Assembly: GCA_965215185.1 (NCBI GenBank)
Contig: OZ244034.1
Coordinates: 1,056,001-1,120,000, forward strand
Reading direction: 5' to 3'
DNA: 64,000 nt
Source of the DNA: Acidimicrobiia bacterium
GTDB lineage: Bacteria > Actinomycetota > Acidimicrobiia > Spongiisociales > ZC4RG35
Shown: piece by piece, positions 11,044 through 23,101 of the stretch
Layout: the number at the start of each line of letters is the position of its first letter
How positions within the stretch are numbered: the first letter of the stretch is position 1
The notes under the pieces: model-generated
Told to the model about the DNA's origin: nothing
The model's input: the letters and a program-made list of their open reading frames with translations, nothing else
The model's database searches: none
Program-made: the position numbers and the translations under genes

Positions 11044-11990
11044 TCAATAGTCCAAGGTGACGGTCCGGTGGTGTTCGCCCATGCGGGAAGCCTCTGATCC
11101 CAGCACAGCCTCCGACCACAGGAAATAGTCGAGTCGGGGAGCGGTCACCGGCACTCCGACACGGTTGAGTTCCTCCACCAACCGATGACCGACATGGACC
11201 GTCGCCCAACGGATGGCGACTTCTTGTTGGGAGTGGCGGGGAATCTCGATCCGGGAGTCAACCGCTTCGGCCAGCGTTGATGAATATCGCAAAATCCCCA
11301 GATGGCGGAGAAACCGGGGGAGCATGTAGTCGGGATAGACCGGAAAAGAATCCATGCCCGACCAGGAGACCGAAGAGCGGGACGCCATGACGGCCGCCGC
11401 CAGATGGGCCAGTTTTCGGAAACGCAGGTGATATCCGCCCACTGAGACCTGATCCTCGAATCCGGGAACGGTGGAGGCCAACAACTCCACCAACCGTGGT
11501 CCGTCCCATCCCGCCTCTTCCACCAGATGCAAAACGGCGCCGTCCCAACGTTCCAACAGCGAAGCGGCCACGGCGGCCAGCCGGGCGCCTCTCTGGGAAA
11601 CCATCTGCAAAACGCCCTGGCCAGCGAACAGTCGATCGGCGTCGGCCGCGGTGAACTCCGCAAAGCGTTCCAGCACCTGCCCGGGCACCTGGCCCACCCA
11701 TCTGGTGAAGGCTGCGAACAGGGCCGGGGCGTCGGTGAGTCTTTGGCCCTGGTATTGGATGGACCACATTTGCTCGCCCTCGGGCGGCCATAGGCACGCC
11801 AGCACCGACACCGCCAGAGTTGAGTAGTCGAACCAGGCGCGGTCCCGGAGGCGGGCGGGCGGCCCCGGATAGTTGAACTTCGCAGCCGGGAATTGACGGC
11901 TGCCCCAGTGTCCGATCACCGCGGCGAAGGAGTCCTCCACCACTTCCACTCCCCACCCGGCAGGCGGCGGAGGCAAACGCGGATCGTTGA
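11044..11990 (-). CDS. Queuosine salvage protein (Qng1/DUF2419 family), 5' end uncertain or truncated
   Basis: FRKLAHL, YPDYMLPRFLRHLGILRYS, EVAIRWATV and LDYFLW motifs; the first ~210 aa of the track ORF 11044..12630 is antisense shadow of the ABC ATPase. Confidence 0.75.
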
Positions 11991-13069
11991 AGAAGCAACG
12001 GGTGGAAATCGCCAAAGTGCTATTCCGAGGAGCGCGGATTCTCATTCTGGACGAGCCCACCGCGGTGTTGGTGCCCCAGGAAGTGGAAGATCTCTTCGTG
12101 TCCCTACGGGAGTTAAGAGCCAGAGGGGTGACCATCATCTTCATCTCCCACAAACTCGACGAGGTGCTCAACATAGCCGATGCGATAACCGTCATCCGGG
12201 CGGGCCGGACGGTGGCCACCGCCGACCCGAAAAACACCACCACTCGGGAACTGGCCGAACTCATGGTCGGCGCCGAACTGCCGACTCCCGACACCCGAGA
12301 GTCCACCGTCACCTCGCAGGTTCTATTTGAAGCAGAAGGCCTGGGCACACTTTCCGAAGATGGGGACCGGTGGCTGATCGAAGATGTCGGCTTCAAAATC
12401 CACCGCGGGGAAGTGCTGGGCATAGCCGGGGTGGAGGGAAACGGGCAGGGAGAACTTGTGGAACTGCTGGTCGGAATGCGGTCCGCAGACTCGGGATGGG
12501 TGAAACTCAACGGGAATAACATCAAGTCTCTGTCCACCCTGCGTCGCAGAGAAGCCGGAATCGGGCTTATCCCCGCTGATCGGCACCACCAGGGCTTGCT
12601 GTTGGAGTCGCCCCTGTGGGAAAACGCCATGCTGGGTTATCAAAGCCGTGTGCCTTTCACCCGGGGCCCGCTGGTGGATCGCAAAGGCGCCCGTCAGCGG
12701 ACCGAAGAAGTAGTGGAGAGTTACGATGTCCGCACTCCGGGAGTGGAGGTCAAGATCCACGCCCTGTCGGGTGGCAATCAGCAAAAGTTGTTAGTGGGAA
12801 AGGAGATGCTGGGCAGTCCCCAGGTGCTGTTGGCCTCCCATCCTACCCGGGGCGTCGACGTGGGCGCCCAGGCTGCGATTTGGGAGAGCATCCGCGAGGC
12901 CCGCGCCCAAGGTCTGGCAGTGCTGCTGATCTCAGCCGACCTCGATGAGTTGATCGGCCTCTCCGACACCCTGATGGTGATTCTCCGAGGAAAGCTGGTT
13001 GCCACTCTTGATCCCCAGGATGTCACTCCCGCCGAGTTGGGCTCCTATATGACCGGAGCGGCGCAATGA
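11987..13069 (+). pseudogene. Nucleoside/sugar ABC transporter ATP-binding protein lacking its N-terminal part
   Basis: Begins at KQRVEIAKVL...LILDEPT, after the signature of NBD1, with no Walker A; second NBD LSGGNQQK is intact. Confidence 0.8.
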
Positions 13070-14199
13070 AAGCCAACCGCCGCCTTATGTACGCGATTGT
13101 TTCTTCCGGTTTGGCGATCCTCTTCGCACTGGCGCTCTCGGGTGTGATCCTGGCAGTTTCAGGCAACAACCCCTTCGAGGCCTACGGGCAGATGTTCGAA
13201 TATGGAGCACGGATCGATTCGCTCGCCTCGGCGGTTAACCGAGCGGTACCCCTGTACTTCTCGGCCATGGCGGTGGCGGTGGGGTTCAAGATGGGACTTT
13301 TCAACATCGGCGTGGAAGGCCAGTACCGGATCGCCGTGCTGATCGCGGCGGCGGTGGGAGCGGCCATCACACTTCCCGGCCCGCTGCATGTGCTGGTGAT
13401 CATGCTCACGGCCATGGCGGTGGGCGCGGTCTGGTCGGGTTTCGCCGGGTATCTGAAGGTGAAACGGGGAGTGCACGAAGTGATCTCCACCATCATGTTG
13501 AACTACGTCGCCACCGGCTTGGGCGCGTTTTTGTTGGCCAACTGGCTGCGCCAGGAGAATCCCGCTGGCGATCTGGTGATCAAGACCCCCGAAATCCCGG
13601 ATTCGGGCCGGCTCCCCTCCCTGAACTGGGTGCTGGAGTTGGTGGGATTGGATCCGGGCCGAGTAGATCTCTATGGAATGGTGGTATTGGCGGTGTTGGC
13701 GGGGATTGGTTTCCATGTGCTGGTCAACCACACTCGCTTCGGGTTTGAGTTGCGCGCCTCAGGCGCCAGCCCGGGAGCGTCTCGGGCAGCCGGTATAGAT
13801 CCCAACCGGATGGTGGTGCTGACCATGGTGATCAGCGGAGCCATCGCCGGTCTGGTGGGGATGGCCCATCTGCTGGGATTCTTCCATCGCTACACAATCG
13901 ACTTCCCCACCATGCTGGGATTCACCGGCATCGCGGTGGCGCTGTTGGGCCGCAACCATCCGGTGGGAATGGCGGCAGGCGCGCTGCTGTTTGGGTGGTT
14001 CGACCGGGCCACCCAAATCCTCGACCTGCGGGGAATCCCCAAGGAGATCGTGTTCATTCTCCAGGGAGTGATCCTCTTGTCGGTGGTGGTTGCCTACGCG
14101 GTGGTGGAGGTGCGTACCAAGGCGGCTGAGAGCCGCGCGGTCACCGGCGCTCTCCAGACCGGCCAATCGCCCAGGGATGGAGAGGAGGGAGAATCATGA
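13066..14199 (+). CDS. ABC transporter permease (nucleoside, NupB/BPD_transp_2-like)
   Basis: GLFNIGVEGQ, HEVISTIMLNY, GFTGIAVALLGRNHP. Confidence 0.9.
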   Translation: MKANRRLMYAIVSSGLAILFALALSGVILAVSGNNPFEAYGQMFEYGARIDSLASAVNRAVPLYFSAMAVAVGFKMGLFNIGVEGQYRIAVLIAAAVGAAITLPGPLHVLVIMLTAMAVGAVWSGFAGYLKVKRGVHEVISTIMLNYVATGLGAFLLANWLRQENPAGDLVIKTPEIPDSGRLPSLNWVLELVGLDPGRVDLYGMVVLAVLAGIGFHVLVNHTRFGFELRASGASPGASRAAGIDPNRMVVLTMVISGAIAGLVGMAHLLGFFHRYTIDFPTMLGFTGIAVALLGRNHPVGMAAGALLFGWFDRATQILDLRGIPKEIVFILQGVILLSVVVAYAVVEVRTKAAESRAVTGALQTGQSPRDGEEGES

Positions 14200-15461
14200 C
14201 CAGTCTTTTGTCTCCCCGCGCTCAGATGATGCGGACCAACCGCTGGCTGTGGCTGGCCCTGGGAGTGGTGGCCACGCTCGCCATCACCCGGACGCTGGCC
14301 GACACTCCCGACCTCACCTCCAGCGGCACTTTCGGCTCCGCATTGCGACTGGGGACTCCCATATTCCTGGCCGGGCTGGGCGGGGTCTACGCCGAACGGG
14401 TCGGAATTGTGAACATTGGACTGGAGGGAATGATGATCCTCGGCACCTGGTTCGGGGCCTGGGCAGGATGGCTCTGGGGGCCGTGGACGGGACTGGCGGT
14501 CGGAGTGCTAGCCGGGGCGTTGGGCGGGTTGCTTCATGCCCTCGCCACCGTCACGTTCAATGTTGATCACATCGTTTCGGGAGTAGCCATCAACATCCTG
14601 GCCTTCGGCGGGATGAGGTTTTTGTCGGTGGTTAGCTATGGGGGTGACAGCGGGGGAGGCGCCACCCAGTCGCCCCCCATCGCCGGGGTAATAGGCAAGG
14701 TTTCGCTTCCCGTCCTCTCCGGTGGGCAGGTCCTGGGATGGGAAAGCCCCGATTGGCTGGGGACCCTGGAATCCCAACACTGGTTCTTACTCTCCGATTT
14801 AGCCGGGTTGATGCGAGGGCTGACCGTAGATGTTTCATGGGCGGTAATCTTGGCGGTCGTGCTGGTACCCGCCTCTTGGTGGTTTCTGTGGAAGACCCCA
14901 CTGGGACTGCGGATGCGTTCGGTGGGAGAGCATCCCGTGGCCGCCGAGTCCCTGGGAGTGAATGTCTATCGGATGAAGTATCTGGGAGTGATGCTTTCGG
15001 GGGGAATGGCCGGACTGGGCGGCGCCATGCTGGTGACAGAATTTGCTCGGATCTATCGAGAGGGACAGACCGGCGGGAGAGGGTTCATCGGCCTGGCCTC
15101 CATGATCATGGGCAATTGGCGACCGGGAGGGGCCGCTGCTGCCGGAGGGTTGTTCGGGTTCACCTTCGCATTGGAACTGCGGGACGAGCCGGCTGTTCAC
15201 GCCCTGCTGCTGCTGATCGCCATCGTCGGCATCGGGATGGGCATCTGGCTGGGATACCGGAAGAGGTGGATTCCCGCCGTCTGGCTGGTGGGCACCGCTG
15301 CGGCTGCTCTGTTGGTGTTCCTCTCCACCGATTCCGTACCCCGCGAGTTCGTGTTTATAGCTCCCTATGTGACCACCCTGGTGGTGATGTCCCTGGCCTC
15401 CCAACATCTGCGGATGCCGGCCGCCGATGGCCGTCCCTACCGGCGTGGCCAGCAGTTGTGA
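14196..15461 (+). CDS. ABC transporter permease (nucleoside, NupC-like)
   Basis: ERVGIVNIGLEGMM, GLRMRSVGEHP, GRGFIGLA. Confidence 0.9.
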   Translation: MTSLLSPRAQMMRTNRWLWLALGVVATLAITRTLADTPDLTSSGTFGSALRLGTPIFLAGLGGVYAERVGIVNIGLEGMMILGTWFGAWAGWLWGPWTGLAVGVLAGALGGLLHALATVTFNVDHIVSGVAINILAFGGMRFLSVVSYGGDSGGGATQSPPIAGVIGKVSLPVLSGGQVLGWESPDWLGTLESQHWFLLSDLAGLMRGLTVDVSWAVILAVVLVPASWWFLWKTPLGLRMRSVGEHPVAAESLGVNVYRMKYLGVMLSGGMAGLGGAMLVTEFARIYREGQTGGRGFIGLASMIMGNWRPGGAAAAGGLFGFTFALELRDEPAVHALLLLIAIVGIGMGIWLGYRKRWIPAVWLVGTAAAALLVFLSTDSVPREFVFIAPYVTTLVVMSLASQHLRMPAADGRPYRRGQQL

Positions 15462-16690
15462 CGGACGGGTTCGACCCTTACCACCCCGATTTCATCTCCA
15501 ACCCGTACCCTGCTTATGCCTGGCTGCGGCGCAACCGCCCTATCTTCTACGACGAGAACTGGAATCTCACGTTCTTCGCCCGCCATTCTGATGTCGAACG
15601 CATCCTACGGGATCGTCGCTTCGGGCGGGACATCCGCCACGCCCCAGACGCCCTTGCCCGGGTGGATGCGCAGGTGTATGAGCGGATCTATCCACCGGAA
15701 TATCCGGTTTGGACCCGCCTGATCAGAGACTCGTTCATAGATCTGGAGCCCCCCCGACACACCCGCATCCGTCGATTGGTGCAATGGGCGTTCACTCGCC
15801 GCGCCTCGCAGAGCTACCGGGAGCGGATGGAAGCTGAGGCGCACCGACACCTCGACCTGGTGGCCGAAACCGGACAGATGGAAGCCATAGCCGATTACGC
15901 CACTCCCATACCGCTGGTGATGATCGCCGAACTGATGGGCGTGCCTGCTGCTGATCAGCCCCGACTGGTGGAGTGGTCGCATCGCATTGTGCGTCTGTTC
16001 GAGCAAGGTTGCACGCCAACCGAAGGGGAGGCCGGGGAGCGAGCCATTATCGACTTTCGGGACTACATGCGAGACCTGAACGCCGCCCAGCGGGGAAGGG
16101 AAGGTGACGACCTGCTGTCGCACCTGATCCGCTCCGAATATCAGGGAGACGTCCTGAGCGAAGAGGAACTGATCTCCACCGCCATCCTGGTCCTCAACGC
16201 CGGCCATGAGGCGACCGTGCAGGCCATCGGCAACGGGCTGATGGCGCTTTGTTCCTTTCCTGATCAGTGGCGGCGCTGGCGAGCGAATCCCCGGCTCAGT
16301 GCCACTGCGGTTGAAGAACTACTCCGCTACGACACCCCCCTGCAGATGTTCGAGCGATGGGTCACCGAAGACCTGGATTGGCAAGGGATGAAGCTGCAGG
16401 CAGGATCGAAAGTGGGGTTGCTTTTCGGGTCCGCCAACCACGACGAGGATGTCTTCTCCGACTCTCAGCGTCTGGACCTAGGACGAATCCCCAATCCCCA
16501 CGTCTCATTCGGTGGGGGAGTCCACTACTGCGTGGGTGTGGCGCTGGCGAGGGAAGAGTTGAAGGTGGCCTTCGAGGTGCTGCGGGACCGAGTTCGCTCC
16601 TTTGAGCTCCTGGACGGTGATCGCGACCGAATCCCCAGCCTGGTGTTTCGGGGCGTGCAGACACTCCCGCTTGGGTTGGAGTTCGTCTAA
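15458..16690 (+). CDS. Cytochrome P450
   Basis: AGHEAT I-helix, EELLRYD (ExxR), FGGGVHYCVG heme motif; GTG start overlaps the upstream stop (GTGA). Confidence 0.93.
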   Translation: MTDGFDPYHPDFISNPYPAYAWLRRNRPIFYDENWNLTFFARHSDVERILRDRRFGRDIRHAPDALARVDAQVYERIYPPEYPVWTRLIRDSFIDLEPPRHTRIRRLVQWAFTRRASQSYRERMEAEAHRHLDLVAETGQMEAIADYATPIPLVMIAELMGVPAADQPRLVEWSHRIVRLFEQGCTPTEGEAGERAIIDFRDYMRDLNAAQRGREGDDLLSHLIRSEYQGDVLSEEELISTAILVLNAGHEATVQAIGNGLMALCSFPDQWRRWRANPRLSATAVEELLRYDTPLQMFERWVTEDLDWQGMKLQAGSKVGLLFGSANHDEDVFSDSQRLDLGRIPNPHVSFGGGVHYCVGVALAREELKVAFEVLRDRVRSFELLDGDRDRIPSLVFRGVQTLPLGLEFV

Positions 16691-17619
16691 GAGGCGGCCA
16701 CGGTAGTGGTCGTCGACTCCACGCTGACCGGGGCGGCCGCATAGCCTATCACGTTCATGCCTTGCACCGCCAACTCCTTGTATACCGTTCCATTGCGCAC
16801 CTCCGCGTCATAGACGGTGGTAATGGTCAAGGTGAGTTGGTTGGTACGCATTATGGCTAGGTCCAGGATCTGCGATCCGGGACGATCCACCAGGTTCAGG
16901 GGAACAGCCACACCGCTGTCACTTCCGGCCTCCATGGTTCGCACCCGGAAATTCTGAGAGAAGCGGGTCTCGTCACTGAGATTCACCCACTCCAATCGTC
17001 TCACTGTGATGGGCTGCTCGAAAACCATGTTGATGCTCACCTGGGTGCCGGGGGTTATGTCGGTCCATCGGATCTGCCATTCCCCGCTTTTTCCGTTGAT
17101 CAAATTGTCGCAGGAGAAATTGGCGCCCAACCCCTCCGGAGAGCACTGGACGCTCAGCACCCCCTGAGTGGTGGGAATCGGTGGGGGGGCGGTGGTGCTG
17201 GTGGTCTCATCGGAGGCCAGCGTGGTCTGCGAGGCCTCCCCCTCATCCTCCGAACCACCTGTAAAGAGGTTGAAGAGCAGGGCGAAAACTGCCACCGCCA
17301 GGATGGTCGTGCCGGTGGCGATCACCGCTCGGACCCGAGCATTGGTCCGGATAGCAGGCCGGGGAGCCAGAGGCATGTCGGAGTGGCTGAGCCGTATATG
17401 GCACTGTTCACAGTTTTGTCTGGAAGGTGGGTTGCGGTGCCCACACAGGGAGCATGCAATCAGGTTGGGCGCTGATGGTTGGTGGGTGGAAGAGGAATCG
17501 GTTGGAGTGGCCTCTTCACTAAGGGTGGAAGGGGCGACTCTTTCTAGAAGGGCGCCGCAAGAGGAACAAAAATCAGCGTCGCCGACATCGGCGCCGCATC
17601 GGCCACAAATTTGTCTCAT
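16687..17619 (-). CDS. Double zinc-ribbon membrane protein with an extracellular galactose-binding/discoidin-like domain
   Basis: CGRCG, CSSCG, CSLCG and CEQC; one TM; Thr-rich linker; beta-rich C-terminus. Confidence 0.65.
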   Translation of the reverse strand: MRQICGRCGADVGDADFCSSCGALLERVAPSTLSEEATPTDSSSTHQPSAPNLIACSLCGHRNPPSRQNCEQCHIRLSHSDMPLAPRPAIRTNARVRAVIATGTTILAVAVFALLFNLFTGGSEDEGEASQTTLASDETTSTTAPPPIPTTQGVLSVQCSPEGLGANFSCDNLINGKSGEWQIRWTDITPGTQVSINMVFEQPITVRRLEWVNLSDETRFSQNFRVRTMEAGSDSGVAVPLNLVDRPGSQILDLAIMRTNQLTLTITTVYDAEVRNGTVYKELAVQGMNVIGYAAAPVSVESTTTTVAAS

Positions 17620-17769
17620 AGATGATCTATTCTGGCACAACCGAGAAAGATCCCGGTTGATTTCCTGAGTCGCTGAAGTATTAAGGCACCCACTGCTGGG
17701 ATAGTACTTCGGACAAACTCCACGATATTTTTTACCAAGGCTGTTTTCTGTCTTGCTACCCTGAAAGCT

Positions 17770-18843
17770 GTGGCGGGTGAGCACTTCTCCCAGGAAGTAG
17801 TGGAAAGACTATTCGCACATCGCCCCATAAGGGACGGACTGGAAAGAATCTTGCAATCGCGGGAGGGGGCGTTGATCGTCCTAGGGACCAATATGGAGTT
17901 GGGGAGCATCAACGTCGACGGTTTGCATTTGAGCGCAGCCTCCTTGGACGCGGCCCGCTTGGCTGAAGTCGCAAAGATGGATGGGGCCATCATTTTGGAT
18001 AACGATTGGAATTTCATTCTCGCCGCCAACGCCCATCTGGCGCCACCACCCAATGTTCCCACCACCGAATCGGGATCCCGCCATCGCACCGCCCAGCGGG
18101 CAGCCCAAATAACCGGACTACCGGTGGTGACGGTGAGCAAGGATCGGGCGGTGGTCACTCTCTACATCCACACCGAACAAGTTGATCTAACCCCCCGGTG
18201 GACCATTCGCGAGCGGATCTTTCAGCATCTTCAGATTCTGGTGGAAATCCGCGGACGGTTCGATAAGGCGGACGAGCGCCTGCTGCGGATGGAATTGTTG
18301 GGTCTGGTCACGGCTAGGGAAGTGACCCACATGGTCCGCATGGGTGAGATGGTGGATAGGGCCGCCTCTGTCATCAAAGCCATGCTCGCCGACTCCGTCG
18401 AAGACCCTTCCACCGTCGAGGCGCTCTTGACTGATCGGGTATTCGAGGTCGAGCGGCTCGTGCAGATGACCCTTAAGGATTATCTAGGCGAAGACGCCGA
18501 AGCTGCTCGCCAAAGGCTGTCCAAACTTCCGAACCACCAACTGGCCCACACCTGGGCGGTTGCGTCGGAGATCGGCCTGGAACAATTGGAGGACGGTTTC
18601 GTACCCAGGGGCAACCGGCTTCTCTACCAGGCCGGCATTACGTCCAAATACATGAGAGGGCTGCTGTTCAATGCCTATCCTGACGCCCAAGCCATGCTCC
18701 ATGCCTCCCTTGAGGGATTCATGGCAGTGAAAGGAATCGGAGTTAAGAGCGCCACCCGTTTGCGGCTGTGTTTCGACCGGCTGCTGGCCGCGGTTCACCC
18801 CATCGGACAACGTGTGTTGACCGACAAGAGTTCTACCGTATAA
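17770..18843 (+). CDS. disA: Diadenylate cyclase, DNA integrity scanning protein DisA
   Basis: KMDGAIIL and GSRHRTA catalytic motifs; C-terminal HhH (VKGIG). Confidence 0.85.
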   Translation: MAGEHFSQEVVERLFAHRPIRDGLERILQSREGALIVLGTNMELGSINVDGLHLSAASLDAARLAEVAKMDGAIILDNDWNFILAANAHLAPPPNVPTTESGSRHRTAQRAAQITGLPVVTVSKDRAVVTLYIHTEQVDLTPRWTIRERIFQHLQILVEIRGRFDKADERLLRMELLGLVTAREVTHMVRMGEMVDRAASVIKAMLADSVEDPSTVEALLTDRVFEVERLVQMTLKDYLGEDAEAARQRLSKLPNHQLAHTWAVASEIGLEQLEDGFVPRGNRLLYQAGITSKYMRGLLFNAYPDAQAMLHASLEGFMAVKGIGVKSATRLRLCFDRLLAAVHPIGQRVLTDKSSTV

Positions 18844-18844
18844 T
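18839..18844 (+). promoter_or_regulatory. Consensus -10 box upstream of carD (possibly a near-leaderless transcript)
   Basis: TATAAT 8 nt before the ATG at 18853. Confidence 0.5.
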
Positions 18845-18852
18845 CGTTTCGC

Positions 18853-19521
18853 ATGGCTAAGAGTCCCTCAACCGATAAAAAGCCACCTGTGGGTGGGAAA
18901 AAGTCGACCAGTACAAGAGTGCGACGGGCCAAGGCGCCAGGCCGTAAGGGTAAACCCAAGACGATGCCGCGATACGCACGTGGTGGGGGAATTGCGGAGA
19001 AAGTTGCCACCGAGGAGCCCAATTACAAAAAAGGCGACTATGTTGTCCACATTCAACACGGTGTGGCGCACATCTCAGATATCCAGGTAAAAAGCGATTT
19101 CGGCGAGACGCAAAAGTATTTCGTCCTGAACTTCCCCACCGAAGAAATGGTGATCAGCGTTCCGACCAACAAGACTCTTTACACCATTCGTCCCCTGATT
19201 AACAAGGCAGAGGCCGCCGACGTCATCGAAAAGCTCAAGGAACAGCCAGCAGAGTCTGGCGCCAACTGGAGTCGTTGGTACAAAGTTCTGCAAGAAAAGA
19301 TGTACTCGGGAGACATTTTCCAGGTGGCGGAGGTGGTCAGGGACTTAAGCTATTCCAATCAGACCAAGGGCATCTCTCCCGCTCTCAAAAAGATGCTCAA
19401 CCGCGCCCAGCATGCGCTGATAACCGAAGTGCGTTTCTCTTTGGGCATAGACGCCGAGGAGGCTGAGGCCAATATCAATCGAGCGTTGCCCACCTTCGAG
19501 CCTATCGCCCGCAAGAAATGA
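18853..19521 (+). CDS. carD: CarD family transcriptional regulator with a basic N-terminal extension
   Basis: YKKGDYVVHIQHGVAHI, NWSRWYK, SGDIFQVAEVVRDL. Confidence 0.88.
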   Translation: MAKSPSTDKKPPVGGKKSTSTRVRRAKAPGRKGKPKTMPRYARGGGIAEKVATEEPNYKKGDYVVHIQHGVAHISDIQVKSDFGETQKYFVLNFPTEEMVISVPTNKTLYTIRPLINKAEAADVIEKLKEQPAESGANWSRWYKVLQEKMYSGDIFQVAEVVRDLSYSNQTKGISPALKKMLNRAQHALITEVRFSLGIDAEEAEANINRALPTFEPIARKK

Positions 19522-20024
19522 GCGAACCTCACCCGGGAGTGCGGGTGGGATGGGGTATGGATGCCCATCGATTGGGTGCAAACCCTCCCGTAATCCTGGC
19601 CGGGGTGGAGGTGGACAGACTAAGAGGGGTGTTCGCCACCTCCGATGGAGATGTTGTTGCCCATGCGGTGGCTGATGCGCTGTTGGGAGCTGCTGCGCTG
19701 GGAGACATAGGTGCGTACTTCCCGCCATCGGATCCACAGTGGAAAGATGCCAATAGCATGGATTTACTGGCCCAAGTGTTGGAGAGGGTCGAGCACACTG
19801 ATTGGCGACCCGCATTCTGCGACGTGACGGTGATCTCCCAATCGGTTCGGGTTTCACCCCATCGCCAAGCGGTGAGAGCAGCCCTGGCAAAAGTGCTGAA
19901 ATTACAGGAGTGCCAAATATCGATTAAGGCCACCACCACCGACGGACTGGGCTGGCTGGGCCGTGATGAAGGAATCGCGGCCATGGCGGCGGTGACGCTT
20001 ACCAAGTTCCAAAAGCCTTTGTGA
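19518..20024 (+). CDS. ispF: 2-C-methyl-D-erythritol 2,4-cyclodiphosphate synthase
   Basis: RVGWGMDAH, SDGDVVAHAVADALLGA, GDIG, KATTTDGLG. Confidence 0.95.
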   Translation: MSEPHPGVRVGWGMDAHRLGANPPVILAGVEVDRLRGVFATSDGDVVAHAVADALLGAAALGDIGAYFPPSDPQWKDANSMDLLAQVLERVEHTDWRPAFCDVTVISQSVRVSPHRQAVRAALAKVLKLQECQISIKATTTDGLGWLGRDEGIAAMAAVTLTKFQKPL

Positions 20025-20094
20025 CAACGCTATGGCCAGCAGGCAGTTCCCCTAGCAAGGTCGATCCTATCTGTTCTTTAACATCTGCGATGCC

Positions 20095-21484
<1,390 letters not shown>

Positions 21485-21510
<26 letters not shown>

Positions 21511-22225
21511 GGTCGAAGGGCTTCCGGCCGTCGAGGCAGCCCTGGCTGCAGGCCGGGTCCTCAAACTCCGAGTCGCCCGCACTTCCACGTCTTCTCCCCG
21601 GGTAACCGAGTTGATCCGAACCGCCCAAGGGAGAGGAATCGAAATCGAGACAGTGCCTAGCCTGGAAGGAATCGCTGCCACCTCCTCACCGCAGGGAGTG
21701 GTGGCGGACTGTCAGAAGCTGCGAACCGTGCCCTTGAAACAATTGGTGTCCGAGGCCGAGCCGGCCGCGCTGTTGATTGTCGATCACATCTCCGATCCCC
21801 GCAATCTGGGAGCCATTGCCCGCAACGCCGTGGCGGCGGGAACCCCTCGCCTGGTGATACCTACCCACCGGGCCTCACCGCTAACTCCTGCGGCTTTCAA
21901 AGCAGCGGCGGGGGCTCTGGAGTCGACACGGGTTTGTCTGGTTTCATCCATAGCGGACACCCTTCGACAATTATCGGGTATGGATGTGTGGACCGTGGGA
22001 CTGACGGCGAAGGCCCCCACGTCTCTATTCGGGCTGGATCTGCTCATTGAACCGGTGGCGGTGGTGGTGGGCGGCGAGCATCGGGGGTTGTCCCGGTTGG
22101 TCGCAGAGCGGGTGGATCAGTTGGCTTCGATACCCATGGCCCCGCAGACCGAAAGCCTCAACGTTTCGGTGGCGGCCGGGCTCGCCCTCTTCGAATTGGC
22201 CCGCATGCGCGACTACTTTGGGTGA
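21485..22225 (+). CDS. rlmB: 23S rRNA Gm2251 methyltransferase (RlmB/TrmH family)
   Basis: DPRNLGAIAR, VGGEHRGL and ESLNVSVA SPOUT motifs; follows cysS. Confidence 0.85.
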
Positions 22226-22275
22226 AACCCAGCAACAACTCGGCGCGGCAGTGCTACGATTCTCGTCGCAGCCCG

Positions 22276-22349
22276 GCTGGCGTAGCTCAGACGGCCAGAG
22301 CAGCTGATTTGTAATCAGCAGGTCGTGGGTTCGAGTCCCACCGCCAGCT
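22276..22349 (+). tRNA. tRNA-Thr(TGT)
   Basis: Acceptor GCTGGCG/CGCCAGC; anticodon arm GCTGA-TTTGTAA-TCAGC; GGTTCGAGTCC T-arm; TGnTACGAT extended -10 at about 22252-22260. Confidence 0.96.
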
Positions 22350-22489
22350 CCGGACTGGGACTTTGGAACAAAAGAACCTTTTAGTGGTCGAGCGCCGATA
22401 TCCTTTCGGTGGGATGCGTAACTCTGTGTTTACCGACTTTTCGGAGCCGATGCGACCCTTGGTCATTGGAATGCCGGGGTCAACTGCGT

Positions 22490-23101
22490 ATGAAAGGTAG
22501 GCACACCGCGGGGGGATGGTCGCCTTTCTGGCGGGACATCCTGCTGCGATCCATCCTGGTTTTGCTGCTAATCGCCATGGCCGCCTTCATATGGTGGCTC
22601 TTCTCCGAAGACGACCTGTTTACTGAAGCTGTTCCCAGCACCTCGGAAGGGGTCACAACCGCCACGGCCGAAGCAGGCACCACCACCCCCGCAAGCGAAG
22701 TGGACACCACCACCCTCATCACAGCCGAAACCACCAGCACCTCAACAACATCTGCGGTAACCACCACGACCACCTCCGCACCCATCACCTCCACCACCAG
22801 CACCATCCCGCCACCACTGGCCCCAGACGAATTGGTGATCAAAGTGTTCAACGCCAACGGCGTCTCCGGTGTGGCGGGCAGAACCACCGCCCTGCTGGAA
22901 GAAGCGGGATATGGGGTGGAGTCGCCCGACAATCATCCACAGTTGCTGGACATCTCCCGGGTGTGGTACCGAGGCGACCTGAACAGGGAAGCTCAACAGA
23001 TTAAAGAGACGCTGCTACCCGACGCGTTGGTGGAACCCGTTCCACAGGAGCAGGAAGGGATAGACATTATGGTGGTCTTGGGACGCTCCTTCCAGGAGTG
23101 A
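22490..23101 (+). CDS. LytR C-terminal domain membrane protein
   Basis: One TM; Thr-rich linker; VFNANGVSGVAG...L.EAGY and DIMVVLG. Confidence 0.8.
   Translation: MKGRHTAGGWSPFWRDILLRSILVLLLIAMAAFIWWLFSEDDLFTEAVPSTSEGVTTATAEAGTTTPASEVDTTTLITAETTSTSTTSAVTTTTTSAPITSTTSTIPPPLAPDELVIKVFNANGVSGVAGRTTALLEEAGYGVESPDNHPQLLDISRVWYRGDLNREAQQIKETLLPDALVEPVPQEQEGIDIMVVLGRSFQE

Noticed and set aside
11991-12630. N-terminal 210 aa of the 528-aa minus-strand ORF
   Set aside because: Antisense shadow of the ABC ATPase.
14738-15457. N-terminal extension of the P450 ORF
   Set aside because: Overlaps the permease in another frame; the GTG at 15458 gives a normal-length P450.
22640-22810. ACC-rich repeats
   Set aside because: They encode the Thr-rich linker of the LytR_C protein.
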